A stretch of DNA of 64,000 nt from assembly GCA_951406725.2 (NCBI GenBank), contig OX597817.1, positions 29,512,001 through 29,576,000 on the forward strand, in the 5' to 3' direction. The notes beneath the pieces were generated by a model that made no database searches, had not been told where the DNA came from, and worked only from the letters and a program-made list of their open reading frames with translations. The stretch comes from Octopus vulgaris. Its lineage: Eukaryota. The position numbers were made by a program, and so were the translations under genes. Position 1 is the first letter of the stretch. Each line of letters begins with the position of its first letter. Positions 40,081 through 53,804 of this stretch are shown here, piece after piece.

Positions 40081-40308
40081 TGTGTGTGTGTGTATAAATT
40101 TGTGTGTCTGTGTTTGTCCCCCCAACATTGCTTGACAACCGATGCTGGTGTGTTTACGTCACTGTAACTTAGCGGTTCGGTAAAAGAGACCGATTGAATA
40201 AGTACTAAGGTTGCAAAGAATAAGTCCTGGGGTCGATTTGCTCGACTAAAGGTGGTGCTCCAGCATGGTCGCAGTCAAATGACTGAAACAAGTAAAAGAT
40301 TAAAAGAT
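39870..40308 (+). mobile_element. SINE family A
   Basis: Full-length copy. Confidence 0.9.
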
Positions 40309-40649
40309 ATGTATGTGTGTGTGTGTGTAAACGTATGAGATGCATGATCTAGTGATTAGGGTGTTGCACTCACAATTGCGAAATTGTGGTTTCAGTTTCT
40401 AGACCGGGTGAGGCATTGTGTTCTTAAGCAAAACACTTGATTTAACATTGCTCTGCAATCACTTTCACACTTGATGTGTGATACACTGTGCATCTGTTCA
40501 GGCAATGTTGATTTGATGGAGGGAGAGAGCTAATGAATAGCACATACATTTGATTACTATAAAACAAATCATTTGTGCAGGCCCTTCAGCAAAAGCCGAA
40601 CACTCAGACATCGTCTTTGACAGGAGGGTCCATCTGCTTCACATATGTA

Positions 40650-41213
40650 TTGGTTGTCTGGAAAGTTCGTGCCGATTTATAGTAGCTTACATTTCGACTT
40701 ATTTTAGAACATGGTTGAGTCCATGAAATAGGATTTGACTACACCTCCATTTAGAGCACAGTTTAAGCTATCTTTTCGTGGAAGAAGGTTTATGTTCCTA
40801 TAACCTGTGTTAATTCTGTAACCCTTTAAAATGGAAGATAAGAAAGTTCATTTTCAGCACTTGATGCTTTGGGAACTAGACAAAAATTGCTGCAGCTCGG
40901 CTGGGATGTGTTACCACACCCTCCATATTCCCCAGATATTGCTCCTTTGGATTTCCACTTATTCAAGTCTCTGCAGAATAGTCTTAATGGTAAAAATTTC
41001 AATTCCTTGGATGGTGTAAAAAGATACCTTGATGAATTCTTTGCCATGAAACTACTTCAATTCTGGGAAGAGGGTATTTTCAAGTTAAAGGAAAGATTGA
41101 GACGCATTGTGCAACAAAATGGTTCATATTTGGTTGATTAAAAATGTAATGGCAAGTATTTATTGACCTTTTTCTTTCCTTTTAAAATCGGCCCGAACTT
41201 TCAGGACACCCAA
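40650..41213 (+). mobile_element. Internally deleted mariner transposon
   Basis: TA-flanked TIRs TTGGTTGTCTGGAAAGTTCGTGCCGATTT / AAATCGGCCCGAACTTTCAGGACACCCAA. N-terminus MEDKKVHFQHLMLW is joined to the C-terminus LGWDVLPHPPYSPDIAPLDFHLF...NGSYLVD*. Confidence 0.93.
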
Positions 41214-41248
41214 TATATATATGTGTGTGTGTGTGTATTATTCTTAAG

Positions 41249-41354
41249 CAAGAATAGTACCGACAGTGAATTCAAGGTTTCACCCTGTTTAGACTTCATC
41301 AGACTGTCCAATGAAGATTAAGAAGGTTGAAAGTTACTGTCAACGCTATTCTTG
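41249..41354 (-). mobile_element. Small inverted-repeat element with type I hammerhead-like motif
   Basis: Minus strand 41308-41262 reads GACAGT-CTGATGA-AGTCTAAACAGGGT-GAAA-CCTTGAAT-TC-ACTGTC. Arms CAAGAATAG..GACAGT / ACTGTC..CTATTCTTG. Confidence 0.6.
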
Positions 41355-41682
41355 TGGAAAAGTGATAAGTATCTATAGGTGTGGCTGTGAGGTAAGACGT
41401 TTGCTTCCTTACCACATGGTTTTGGGTTCAATCCCACTGCATGGTACCAAATAGAATAAGTACAAGGATTATAAAAGAATAAGTTCTGGGGTCGAATTCT
41501 TTGACTAAAACCCTTTAAGGCAGTGCTTCAGCATGGCCACAGTCAAATGAAAGATGCAAAAGAAAACATATGTACTCTACAAAGAGTATTGAGCAATCTT
41601 TCAGTTTAATATAATGTTGTTCTTATGACTCAACATAAAAATAAACATTAATGTGTGTGTGTGTGAACATATATAGAGAGAT

Positions 41683-42020
41683 ACATCATCATCATTGTTT
41701 AACGTCCGTTTTCCGCGCTAGCACGGGTTGGACGGTTTGACTGGGGTCTGGGAAGCCAGGGGCTGCTCCAGGCTCCAGTCTGATCAGGCAGAGTTTCTAC
41801 GGCTGGATGCCCTGCCTAATGCCAACCACTCCGCGAGTGTAGTGGGTGTTTTTTACTTGCCACCTGCACAGGTGCCAGGGGGGAGTCCGGCATCGGCCAC
41901 GATCGGTTGGAGCTTTTAACGTGCCAGCGGCACAGAAGCCAGGCAAGGCGGCGCTGGCAACCTTCGGATGGCGCTTTTTATGTGCCACCGGCACAGAAGC
42001 CAGTCGGGGCGGCGCTGGCA
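41683..42020 (-). mobile_element. RTE family C 3' end
   Basis: (CAT)n, reverse tail and tandem units. Confidence 0.8.
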
Positions 42021-42510
42021 TACATAATAAAAATATCAAAATTATGGTATATAATATAGATGTTGAATAATGTATTTGTATACATTAAGCAATACAAGTG
42101 AACACACTGCCAAGACTACAATGAATTTTACAGTCTCAAACTGCTTTTCAGGCCTCTTGTCTCTTTTGTGCACAAGCTAAAACTGAAATAAATAAAAAAA
42201 ATAAATAAATAAATAAATAAAATAATAAAAAATAAATAAAAAGAGAAAAGAAAATTGAAAGAAACTGAATGGAAGCAAGCAGAAATAGGAGTAGAACTGT
42301 GAAACACAGTGTTGTCCTTTAAGTCTGTTTACATGTATTGTTCAATGCATTGTTCAATATATTGTTCGAACATAGACACATACATAGACACACACACACA
42401 CACACATGTCCACATACACACATACACACCTTATCATGATCATCCCATGTATGTTTATATATGCTTATAAAGACATATATAACTGTTCATATATGTATAT
42501 GTATGTGTAT

Positions 42511-42556
<46 letters not shown>

Positions 42557-42644
42557 GTATGTATATGCATATGTGTGCTTATGTATGTATGTATGTGTGT
42601 GTGTATGTATGTATGCATATATATATATATATATATATATAAAC

Positions 42645-42767
42645 TTACTTGGAGAAAAGAAACGAAACGAAACGACGCGAGGGTGCTCAGTCATACAATA
42701 ATTTAATAAATAAAATATATGCATACATACATATATGTACGTACTTACATCTACATGTATATATACA

Positions 42768-42805
<38 letters not shown>

Positions 42806-43035
42806 TACAGGACACCACAAATAAACGTAGAACTCAACGAGAAACGAAAACATAAAAACAAACTAGGAAACGGACTTTTTTAACAACGAAAAGACAGAGT
42901 ACAAGACAAACAATACAAGGAATATTCCCCTTCATCAGCTGTCCCTGGTTCGACTCAATGCATGTTTCGAAGGTAAGGACAGAACACGATCCGGTCCAAC
43001 CAGTCCTTCCTGCAAAAGAATTAAATAAATAAATA
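42645..43035 (-). mobile_element. Interspersed repeat homologous to 14255-14662
   Basis: Shared blocks; the minus strand has TTCGAAAC...CTGATGAAGGGG. Confidence 0.55.
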
Positions 43036-43429
43036 ATATATATATATTTGTATATGCATATGTGTGTATATATGTATGTATCTGTCTGTCTTAATATGCA
43101 TATGCAGCTCTTGTACCAGTTCCAAATGGAGGGATGTGGGTATGTCAAGGCTCTGACATTATTGCTGCTGCATCCACTCCTTCAGTATTGTTGATGTTTG
43201 GTAAATGACAAAGTTTGATATTGCTTCTTTCATGCTTGTTTCTTGCCACAACATAAGTTCATTCATATTTGAGACAGCAAAACATCTGGGGTTTTCTTTT
43301 TTAATACCTTTAGATCTTTATTGCTTTATATAGCATCCTTAGTTATTTGATAGTATAGTGAAAAACCAATGAGCTTTCAACCCCTAACCAATAGTAGTGT
43401 TTAGTTTTAACTCTAGATAGCATGTGTAG

Positions 43430-44300
43430 GACTTTTGTTACTATGCTGTGCTCTGATGTCTATTTCAGATGATACTATAGCTCATAACACCAAAGTTTGT
43501 TTAGTAGACCTTTCAAAATATTCTATATATAAATCACTGCAGGTTTTCCTTCTCTTCACTTCAGGAACCAGAACCATAATTCATTCAGCCTCTTTTAGTA
43601 TCCTTGTTGCATCTGCTTATTTTAGCAGTATAAGATTGCTACAAAATCTACCATTGATTTAATGCCTTGGTGTGCATATTCTAGAGCAATAATCCAGATG
43701 GGTGAGAACAAGTGGCTTTAGCAGAGCCATTATAGTTTCTTAATTTCACATTCTGAATAATTTTATACATACACCTTTGCATACGTATAAATTACGGGTT
43801 TCTTTGCAATTGCTCTCTATCAAATTTTATTCACAAAATATAAGTCTGTGTCAAATAGTAGTTTGGTCCCACACAAATTATCCTCTTCTTCTCATCATAC
43901 ATAAGAAAATGTACATCTGCAAACCAAGTTCCAACCAAGAGATTTTCTTCTTCCATATCTTTCTTTACCAAGTTGTCACATGTTATCTTAATCTGTCTAG
44001 CAATTATCCTGAAGTTGCTAATCCCTAGTCTATGTTCTAATAAATTCTTCATTGAAGAAATACCAAGTTCTTACAAACAGTTTCCAATATTTTTCCTGAT
44101 GAATATGCAGTCTATAAGGTTTGCACCTTCACCTGATTGATATGTGATCAATAGACTGGCTGGTTTACTGAAGATAATACTTCAATCAGTTAGGGTACTT
44201 CCATCTCAAAACTTCAAGAGTTTTGTTTCCTCTTCATTCCTTATGCCATGTCCATAACCTCCAGGAATACTGAAGTAGCTATCATTGTGTTGTTCAAGGT
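43430..44300 (-). pseudogene. Degraded RTE endonuclease-to-RT fragment
   Basis: GYGHGIRNEEETKLLKF and LITYQSGEGANLIDCIF on the minus strand. Confidence 0.6.
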
Positions 44301-44619
44301 TACTAAATCATTATTACTATTTCTAGTTTAGGGGTATTGTAAAAGCCATTTGCAATAAATAGAAGCATTTTAGGCGTATTGACATTCTAAGGATATGAAG
44401 TCAAGGTAAACTGCTGGTCTATTGAACATATACTGAACATATCTGACAGAACGAATATCAAGAAAGGCAGCCACAAAATAAACCATGTTACACAGGATTG
44501 TGTCATACCTAATGACTGGCTTAGCAATATAATTATCAGCTATTATAGAGCTGATCTACAAAGAAGCAACTACAGAGGTACCAAGCTAAAGTTATGAAAG
44601 TAACTAAAGGAGCCTTAGC

Positions 44620-45150
44620 ATATTTGATTAGGTAAAGAATCTGCTTAGATGAGATGGAGTTTGGATTCATCCCAGGCTAGAGTACCACAGATGCTCCATG
44701 GTACATCTGTGGTACATGGAGCACAGTTGTACCACTGATGTACCATGTGTACATAGATCTGGTACAACAACACAACACAACAACACAAGAGGTTCCTCAT
44801 CAAGAGTAAGCCTCTATATCAAGCTTTTATTGATCTGGAGAATGACTTGTACAAAGTATTATAGCCTGATGGTCACTAACTAAGCTAAGAGTTTATGATT
44901 GATGGGAGACAGAAGTGCAAGCTGGATGCAGGAATTTAGCCAGCAAACTGGAAGTTGGCAATGAGTAATAACGAGGAATTCAGAGTGCAAGCAGGTATCC
45001 ACCAAGACTCTGCTCCCAGCCACCTTCTATTTATCATAGTTAATAAATGATTTCAAAGCCAGTTACTTATGGAGTTTCCCTATGCTGATGGATTAGTTTC
45101 TGAAGCAAGGACTGTGGAAGATTTAGAGAAAAATTTCCAGATGTAGAACA
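44620..45150 (+). pseudogene. RTE RT core fragment
   Basis: EMEFGFIPG*STTDA; FIDLE; EEFRVQAGIHQDSAPSHLLFIIV; YADGLV (degenerate YADD). Confidence 0.75.
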
Positions 45151-45663
45151 TTACTTTTCTACTGTTCTGCACTAACAGATATCCCCTTCTCACCCATTCA
45201 CTCCTGGTCCTTCTGCTCAACTCATGCCTATCCATCTTGAACTTTGAAGCTACATCCTAACCCCTCATCATCACATTATTATTGCTTTCCAGCCTCATCC
45301 AATCACTCCCACCCTTTCTTCTAAAATATAAGATATCATGTTACTCCTCTACAGCAAGGTATCTTCTCTGCTTCAACCTGCTTCTCTCATACCTTACCTG
45401 GTGGCTGGTGCCAGGAAAAAAGCACTCAGTACACAGTGTAGTGGTTGGCATTAGGAAAGGCATCCAGCTGTAGAAACCATGTCCATGTGTGATGCACTAC
45501 ACGGGCTCAGTGGAGCCTGTCGAACTGTCCAACCCATGCCAATACTGAACAAGGACATTACCATTTAAGCATATATATACATTATCATTTAAGTATATAT
45601 GAGTAAGTCAAGATATGCAACTATATGCATGAGAATACATACATAAAACTTACAAATCTTCAC

Positions 45664-45930
45664 ATCATCATCATCATTGTTCGACCGTGGTCGAGACTTT
45701 CATAGTCTTTTCAAATGGCTAATAATGTGTGTGCATGCCACTACTACACACATTGGAAAGCATTGTACAACCAAGTACTAAAGAAGATCTTTCCTCCTCC
45801 ATGAAACAAAGCTGTTCCCGCTGGATGTCAACCCAGTATTTCTAAGCTACGGACCCAGTGATTTATTGTAAGGTTATCTCCCTAGATAGATTGCCTTCAC
45901 TATGGCTAAGGAGCCCTTTCTACCCCATAG
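45664..45930 (-). mobile_element. Short RTE-related non-autonomous element
   Basis: (GAT)n tail on the minus strand; GGCAATCTATCTAGGGAGA resembles an RTE 5' UTR motif. Confidence 0.4.
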
Positions 45931-45967
45931 AAATCTTCACAGTTGCCATGATAGATCATTAGCCACT

Positions 45968-46130
45968 ACACACATTTTTTTCTCTCCTTGTTTTTTCTGT
46001 GTCCCTTTCTGTAGAAGAGCAAAGGCTTGAAATGTAAAAGACTCTTTCTATTCCTGAACGTTTTACTAATACATCTGTTTGTTTTGTACACCACCTGTCT
46101 TCGTCTTTTGTTTTTTTCGTAGACTCTCCC
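45968..46130 (+). mobile_element. Short repeat with hammerhead-derived motif
   Basis: CTGTAGAA-GAGC-AAAG-GCTT-GAAA-TG-TA; second copy at 38875-39060. Confidence 0.55.
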
Positions 46131-46560
46131 TACATACATACATACATACATACATACATACATACATACATACATACATACATACATACATACATACATG
46201 CATACCCTGTTGTTGATGTTGAAATTCCAATGAAGGAACCTTGGATCTAGGTTAGAAAACAGTTCCTTTTTTATTGGCAAGAAATCTTGAAATAAACTGA
46301 ATAATGACATGCATACATACATACATACATACATATATACATACATACAAAAGTACCCTGTTGTTGATGTTGAAATTCCAACAAGGGAACCTTGGATCTA
46401 GGTTAGAAACCAGTTCTTCCTCTATTGACAAGAAATCTTGAAATAAATTGAGTAACGATACACATACATACATAGATACATGCATACATACATACATACA
46501 TACATACATACATACATACATACATACATACATACATACATACATACATACATACACATA
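46131..46560 (+). repeat. (CATA)n array with two copies of the ~105-bp element
   Basis: Copies at ~46203-46308 and ~46353-46458. Confidence 0.9.
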
Positions 46561-47468
46561 AGTCATGAAGTTTATACTGCTACTTATGTCCAATCATTCT
46601 AATAGAAGTAGTTAACGAAAATGTGGCATCATTTCCACTATTTTCATAAACTTCACACTCTGTTCCAACAACCTAACAGGTAACCTTTATCCTTTATATT
46701 TCATATATAAATAGAATCTTAAAGTCAGTTTCATGTTTGAATTTAAACATTTCTCCACTTCTAAATCTGAAACATTAATCCCAGATTATAACTCACGAAT
46801 ATCTAATAAACTTTAACCCCACTTTAAAAATATTACAGTAGGTAACATCCATTCTGTCTGGAAGAAAACAAAATTTCTTTTACTTCAAGGTGCAAAGAAA
46901 GTAAAAAAAAAAAAAAAATAATAAATAAAAATGTGAAAAAAAAAAATGAAAAATATACTTTGACTTGTCACAAAGAATGTGTTATCTTCTCTTCTTTCAC
47001 ATTTGCCAAAAGACACATCTTCTCACTTCAACATTTTTTTCACAACTTTATTTCTTATTGAGTAGTATTTTAGTTTCATAGTTCATATTCAGTGTGTCGG
47101 CCATTTTGTTAAAGTTTCAAATTTTACGTAGAGGTTCAATTGAAACGATGCTGAAATTAGGCACAGTGATTGATGTTTTCAATTTCAGATCTGATTACAT
47201 ATCTACTAAGATAAAATCTAAGTTCAAACTTTAAGTAGCCAGTCTGTCATTTCCTGTTATATCAAATGAACTTGTTCAAATAACTTCTGAATTTCAAGAG
47301 AAGAACACTGGTTTGATATAACAAAAGAATTGCAAAATATATAACAATTATGCAATTACACACTTAAATTTATGTAGGAATGATGTCTTATGTAATGGTT
47401 GACTTTTCCATTTAAAATAGTTTCTTATATATCAAACTGCGGCAGAGCCCAGAAAGAATTCTATGCAC

Positions 47469-47698
47469 ATGATTCTTTACAGGACTTTCAGGATTGGTAA
47501 GGAGCAAGGGGGAAAGTATTCTGAAACCAGAGACCCTGTCCAAATGCTTGCAACAGGGTGTACTCTGCTAAAGGCATCCCAGATGACTCTTTACAGAACT
47601 TCCAGGATTGGTAAGGAGCAAGGGGGAAAGTATTCTGAAACCAGAGACCCTGTCCAAATGCTTGCAACAGGGTGTTTCTGCTAAAGGCATCCCAGATG
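47469..47698. repeat. Tandem duplication of a 113-114-bp unit (x2)
   Basis: CAGGATTGGTAAGGAGCAAGGGGGAAAGTATTCTGAAACCAGAGACCCTGTCC is repeated. Confidence 0.95.
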
Positions 47699-48989
47699 TT
47701 TGGTGCTGGTTTTAAACAGGCTGCAGATCAAGCCTACTATCTCAGTAGACCATGGTGGGATGTGGACTCAGAACACTGAGCCAGAACAAATACCACAAGG
47801 TATCCAGTTGTCTGATGTTCTTACAGTTCCACCTGTCTGCCACCTGGATTGGCACATTTTTGCCAATATTGAAATTACGAAAAACGGTTGTGTTGGGGAT
47901 GGTTGAAGTGGTGGTGGTGGAGATGGTGGAAGTGATGGTGGTAGGCAATGTGGCAGCAGTGGTGGGATGGTGGTTAAAGATGAAGGAGGAAGAAGAGGAA
48001 GCAGAAGTAGAAGAAGGAGAAGAAGAAGGAGAAGAAGAAGAAGAAGAAGAAGAAGAAGAAGAAGGAGAAGAGGAGAATGGTGACGATGATGATGATGATG
48101 ATAAGAGGAGGGGGAGGAGGAGGAAAATTCTTTTCAGTTGTTAGGATTTGAACTCAGAGCACAGAGCTTCAGAACAATTGATGGAAGGCATTCTATCTCA
48201 CACTCTGTTTCACGCAATTTTACACAAGTTATACATGCAACATGCTTCTGCAGAGTCTCTTGTTTACAAATTCCATTCACAAGTTATTTACCATTTCAAA
48301 GGTTATGGTAAAAGTCTCTTGCCTGAGGTTTTACGCAAGATATCAAACCAAAAATAACATTATCCTGAAACCCGCTTCTTAACCACACAGCCACTCAGGG
48401 AAACTCCTCACTGTCAAAAATTTCATAATCAGTGATAATTAGCTCAAATTACTACGTCTATCAAAACTAGTCAGTAAGAAGTAAAACACCAAGTAGATAA
48501 TGATCAAATCATATACCAAGGAAGAAGAACTAAACAGTACCCACTTGTACAAGATTTATTTAATGTTTTTTGCTTTATCAAACCATCTCTTTTTTCTTTA
48601 CAGGATCAATATTTAATACTACTTTTTCATTTAATCTTTTATATTACTGCTTTTTTTAATAACAGGCATGTTGTACAAAGTAGTTAAATTTAATAATACT
48701 ATGTTATTTGGTTGTCTGATTGATGTTAGTACCTAATGTTTACTTGCAATATTCAACCTTTTAGTTTTTTAAGTTCTGTTTTTTTTCTTCTTTTTTCTTT
48801 CTTAATTAATTGTATATAGTGCTTTGAATCGGGGAATCTATTAACGTAAACTATAATTGGTTAATATAATATCTGATAGTGAAACAAAATATTATCACTT
48901 CATCTTTTGATTGGAGTGTCTGTCTATCTGAGCTGGGAAATGAATGGAATACCTGATGTGTGTCTTGCTGTGGGTACCCACTCCTAGTG

Positions 48990-49297
48990 CTGGAGTGGCT
49001 GTGTGGTAAGAAGCTTGCTTCTTAACCACATGATTCTGGGTTCAGTCCCACTGTATGACACCTTGGGTAAGTGTCTTCTACTATAATAGCCTCAGGCTGA
49101 CCAAAGCCTTGTGAGTGGATTTGGTAGACAGAAACTGAAAGAACCCCATCGTATATATATATGTATATGTAGAAACTCTACCAGATCAAGATTGGAGCCT
49201 GGTGCGGCTGTCTGGTTCGCCAACCTTCAGTCAAAATCATCCAACCCATGCTAGCATGGAAAGCGGACGTTAAACGATGATGATATGTATATATATG

Positions 49298-49360
<63 letters not shown>

Positions 49361-49592
49361 GTATATATTTATGTGTGTGTTTTTGTGTCTGGGTTTACCT
49401 CCCCCCACTATCGCTTGACAACCGATATTGGTGTGTTTATGTCACCATAACTTAGCAGCTCGGCAAAAGCGACTGATAGAATAAGTACCAAGCTTACAAA
49501 GAATAAGTCCTGGGGTTGATTTCTTTGACTAAGAGGCAATGCTCCAGCATGGCATCAGTAAAATGACAAACAAGAAAAAAAGTAAAAGAATA
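48990..49592 (+). mobile_element. SINE family A with a family C tail inserted in its internal (TA)n
   Basis: The insert at ~49168-49283 ends in GATGATGAT. Confidence 0.85.
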
Positions 49593-49664
49593 GGCCTGAG
49601 CATATGTATATGTCTTGCAGACTTTGGCGCTGATGCAATGCTACTGCCGTTTGAAATGAATTCT

Positions 49665-50505
<841 letters not shown>

Positions 50506-50769
50506 ATCACTCACAAATAAAGAAAGTGTATATATTTCAGTGCAAACGCACTTGAAAGTGTTACTTTTGTTTTTATTTATTTGGAACATGCACTATAATG
50601 CTGTGTGATATTTAATTGTGACCTTTTGCAGTCTGAGTTCAAATGTTACCAAAATGTTTTTGTTTTCTACCTTTAATCCACCTGGGGATGATGAAACTGC
50701 AGTACTATATCATACTGGAGTCTATTTATATCACTATAATGTAACCTACATATGAATTAAATTTTAGAG

Positions 50770-50868
50770 ATAGTAGTAGTAGTAGTAGTCATAGTATTAT
50801 TATTATCATTATTATCATTATTATTATTATTATCAATATTATTATCATTATTATTATTATTATCATCA

Positions 50869-50900
<32 letters not shown>

Positions 50901-51240
50901 GTTTTTAGTAGTAGTAGTAGTAGTAGTAGTAGTTGTAGGAGTAGTAGTTGTAGTTGTAGTAGATGTAGTAGTAGTAGCAGCAGCAGCGGCAACGACGATT
51001 GTGGAGGTGGACGAAGGAGGAGGAGGAGGAGGAGGAAGAAGAAGAAGAGGAGGAGGAGGAGGAGGAAAGCTCTTTTGCAACTCTACAACTAAATTCTTTC
51101 TTATCCACCATCAAAGAGATTTCAAGATACATAAATATTGATCATGATCATCTCCTTTTTTTCTTTCTTTCTTTCTTCTTCTTCTTCTTCTTCTTCTTCT
51201 TCTTCTTCTTCTTCTTCATCTTCTTCTTCTTCGTCATCCA
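50770..51240. repeat. Compound trinucleotide microsatellite (TAG/TTA/CAG/GAG/CTT)
   Basis: Seen directly. Confidence 0.95.
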
Positions 51241-51629
51241 TTTTCCCATGCTGGCAAGGGTTGGATAGATCTGCTTTTTTCTCACTTGCTGTGCTCGTTT
51301 TCCATCTCCTGTGAGAGATCAAGCACCTTATATAAACACACTTCATCACTTCTTCCCTTGCCTTCCTCAGTTTCCTTCTGCAGATTCATTGTACCCATTC
51401 CGCTACTCTGCCTTTCTTCCCCCAAATGTTATCCTCCAAACACCTCAATCCATCTACCAGACTTCCTTCATCTTTATACTCCCAGTTTTATCTCCTTCTC
51501 AGTGAACACACATGGCAGCAGGGTAGTGTATCACTTGACTGACTTGAAGGATTAGATCCATGTCTTGCATCCAAGGCTTCTTGCTGTCTATATCCAAAGC
51601 ACTTAACTTCTTCTAGCTTATTTTGACTA

Positions 51630-51968
51630 TTGAAACCCCCTTTGGTCGTGACTGACTGTGGGATTGCACTTAGAAAGTTACCCTCCCAGGCACAAGTCTG
51701 GGCAAGGTTGTTTATGGAAGACCAGCAGTCACCCATGCATACCGGCCTCCCCTCTCCACACCACCAGTGTTATCCAAGGAAAAGGCAACAGCAGATACAG
51801 CTTGGCACCAGTCATATCACAACTCATTTCTACAGCTAAGTGAACTGGAGCAATGTTAAATAAAGTGTCTTGCTCAAGAACACAACATGCAGCCCAGTCA
51901 GGGATTCAAACTCACAACCTCACGATTGTAAGCTCGACACTTTAACCACTGAGCCACGTGCCTTCACA
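51630..51968 (-). mobile_element. SINE with family E-like head
   Basis: Reverse strand has TGGCTCAGTGG, GAGTTTGAATCC and TTGAGCAAGACACTT. Confidence 0.7.
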
Positions 51969-52026
51969 TGACAAACTATTAAAATATATTGGTTACAAAT
52001 TTTGGTACAAGACCAGCAGCTGTAAA

Positions 52027-52424
52027 TCTTTATATATAAAAGAGAGGTTGTGTGCTGTCTGTCTCCTACGATTTAGATTCCTAACTACTCCCACATTTTG
52101 CGGTGCAGTTTAACCAAAACCGGGTATCTTATAGTCGTGATTCATATCGAGCCCTTCTGGGTATTAGCGCACGTCTACGATGAGTCTACGATTTAAAAAA
52201 ATATTTACCATCAATTTTTCCCATTTTTAATGCATTTTTGGCATATATAAGGGAAGTAACTCTCTAAAAATTTATTATTAAATCTCAGAACGTAAAAAGC
52301 TACAGTAACACCCCGCCCCTTTGTGGTTAGCCATATTGAGATGGCTATTATACTTTACATCTCTAAAAATGCTTATATAGTTATTTCCCTTACAAACCCG
52401 AGCAACGCCGGGTGATACTGCTAG
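52027..52424 (+). mobile_element. Non-autonomous Helitron
   Basis: Canonical A|TC...CCCGAGCAACGCCGGG...CTAG|T. Confidence 0.9.
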
Positions 52425-52962
52425 TATATATTAAATGCCTTAGGTTAGTGTAAAGCTATTAAGAGTACTGCAACATTGAGTAGTGTTCTGTAAGTTTGCA
52501 TTATCAAGCTCTAATATGCCTGATATTTCTGATCTAAGCTAAGATAAACTTCAGTTAATTTCTTTTAAACTCTTATATAAATAATCACAGGATTATGCAG
52601 GCAAGCCCAATGCATCAACTGCTTGCCTCATGAATCAATGAAGGGATCTTTATGTGGTTAATCTGTCTGCCAGAAATAATGGCCAAATATCTCTCAAATC
52701 ACAGTCTATTGTCTCAAAAGAAGAGTAGGATAAATAAGAAAGTCTAGTTCTAAATATCCATACCTCTAAAAAGACAGGAAGACAACTGGAATGTCTTTGA
52801 TCACAAGTCTACATGATAAAGGTTGACCTGGAGCTAAAAACAACATCAACACCGTCCACTTGCTAAATTCTCAGGTTGAAGAAATTAAATGAAATATGTT
52901 TGGTACAGAACATTTTTCCAAAATAAAATTTGACACTGAAACTGCCATCTAATGAATTTCCT

Positions 52963-52996
<34 letters not shown>

Positions 52997-53804
52997 CTAT
53001 CATCATCATCATTTAATGTCCGCTTTCCATGCTAGCATGGGTTCTCAAATCTGATAGGGGCAGAGTTTCTACAGCTGGATGCCCTTCCTAAAGCCAACCA
53101 TTCTGAGAGTGCAGTAGGTGCTTTTACATGCCAACACACACTTACATATACTTATATATAATACACACACAAACACACACCAGTATATATATTACATATA
53201 CTCACATACGTACATTTAAAAACAAGATAACTTTTGAAACTTTTTTTATAAAAAAAATAGAAAGAATTCCTATGAATTCTTATAAGGAACAATTGTCTTC
53301 TTTACCACTTCATGAATTTGCCATCCAGCTGCTCCTTCACAGGCAACACTCAGTAGTTCCAATAGAGAAAAATTTCTATTGTTTTCGATCTTAATCATCA
53401 CATAAGTATGAAAAATATGTGGCCTAGTGGTTAGGGTGTTATATTCACAGTTACAAGATTATGTCCTGAATCAGGTGGTGTGTTGTGTTCTTAAGCAATA
53501 CACTCCATTTCATATTGCTCCAGTCCACCCAGCTGTAGATGAATTGCCTTGTGATAGAGTGGTATCCTGCTTGGAGGGAATGTCATGATCTTGGTAACTT
53601 TACACTAAACACCTGCCCAGCTGGCCGGCAGGTTGTCATCATTTCAATGCTACAACAATACAAAGAAGTGAGTTCAGACCAGCATTGTATAACATGTGAT
53701 AGTCAGGTTGATACAGTGATATGAGTTAACATGAAACCCCTATATGGTCACTAAACCTGCTAGAAATAGCAACAATTTTCATTCAAAATAATATTAGACA
53801 ATGT

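Noticed and set aside
47752-48144. Acidic 130-aa ORF
   Set aside because: It derives from (GGT)n/(GAA)n/(GAT)n low-complexity sequence.
52591-52636. Hairpin AGGCAAGC/GCTTGCCT as a miRNA precursor
   Set aside because: The stem is too short and there is no supporting evidence.
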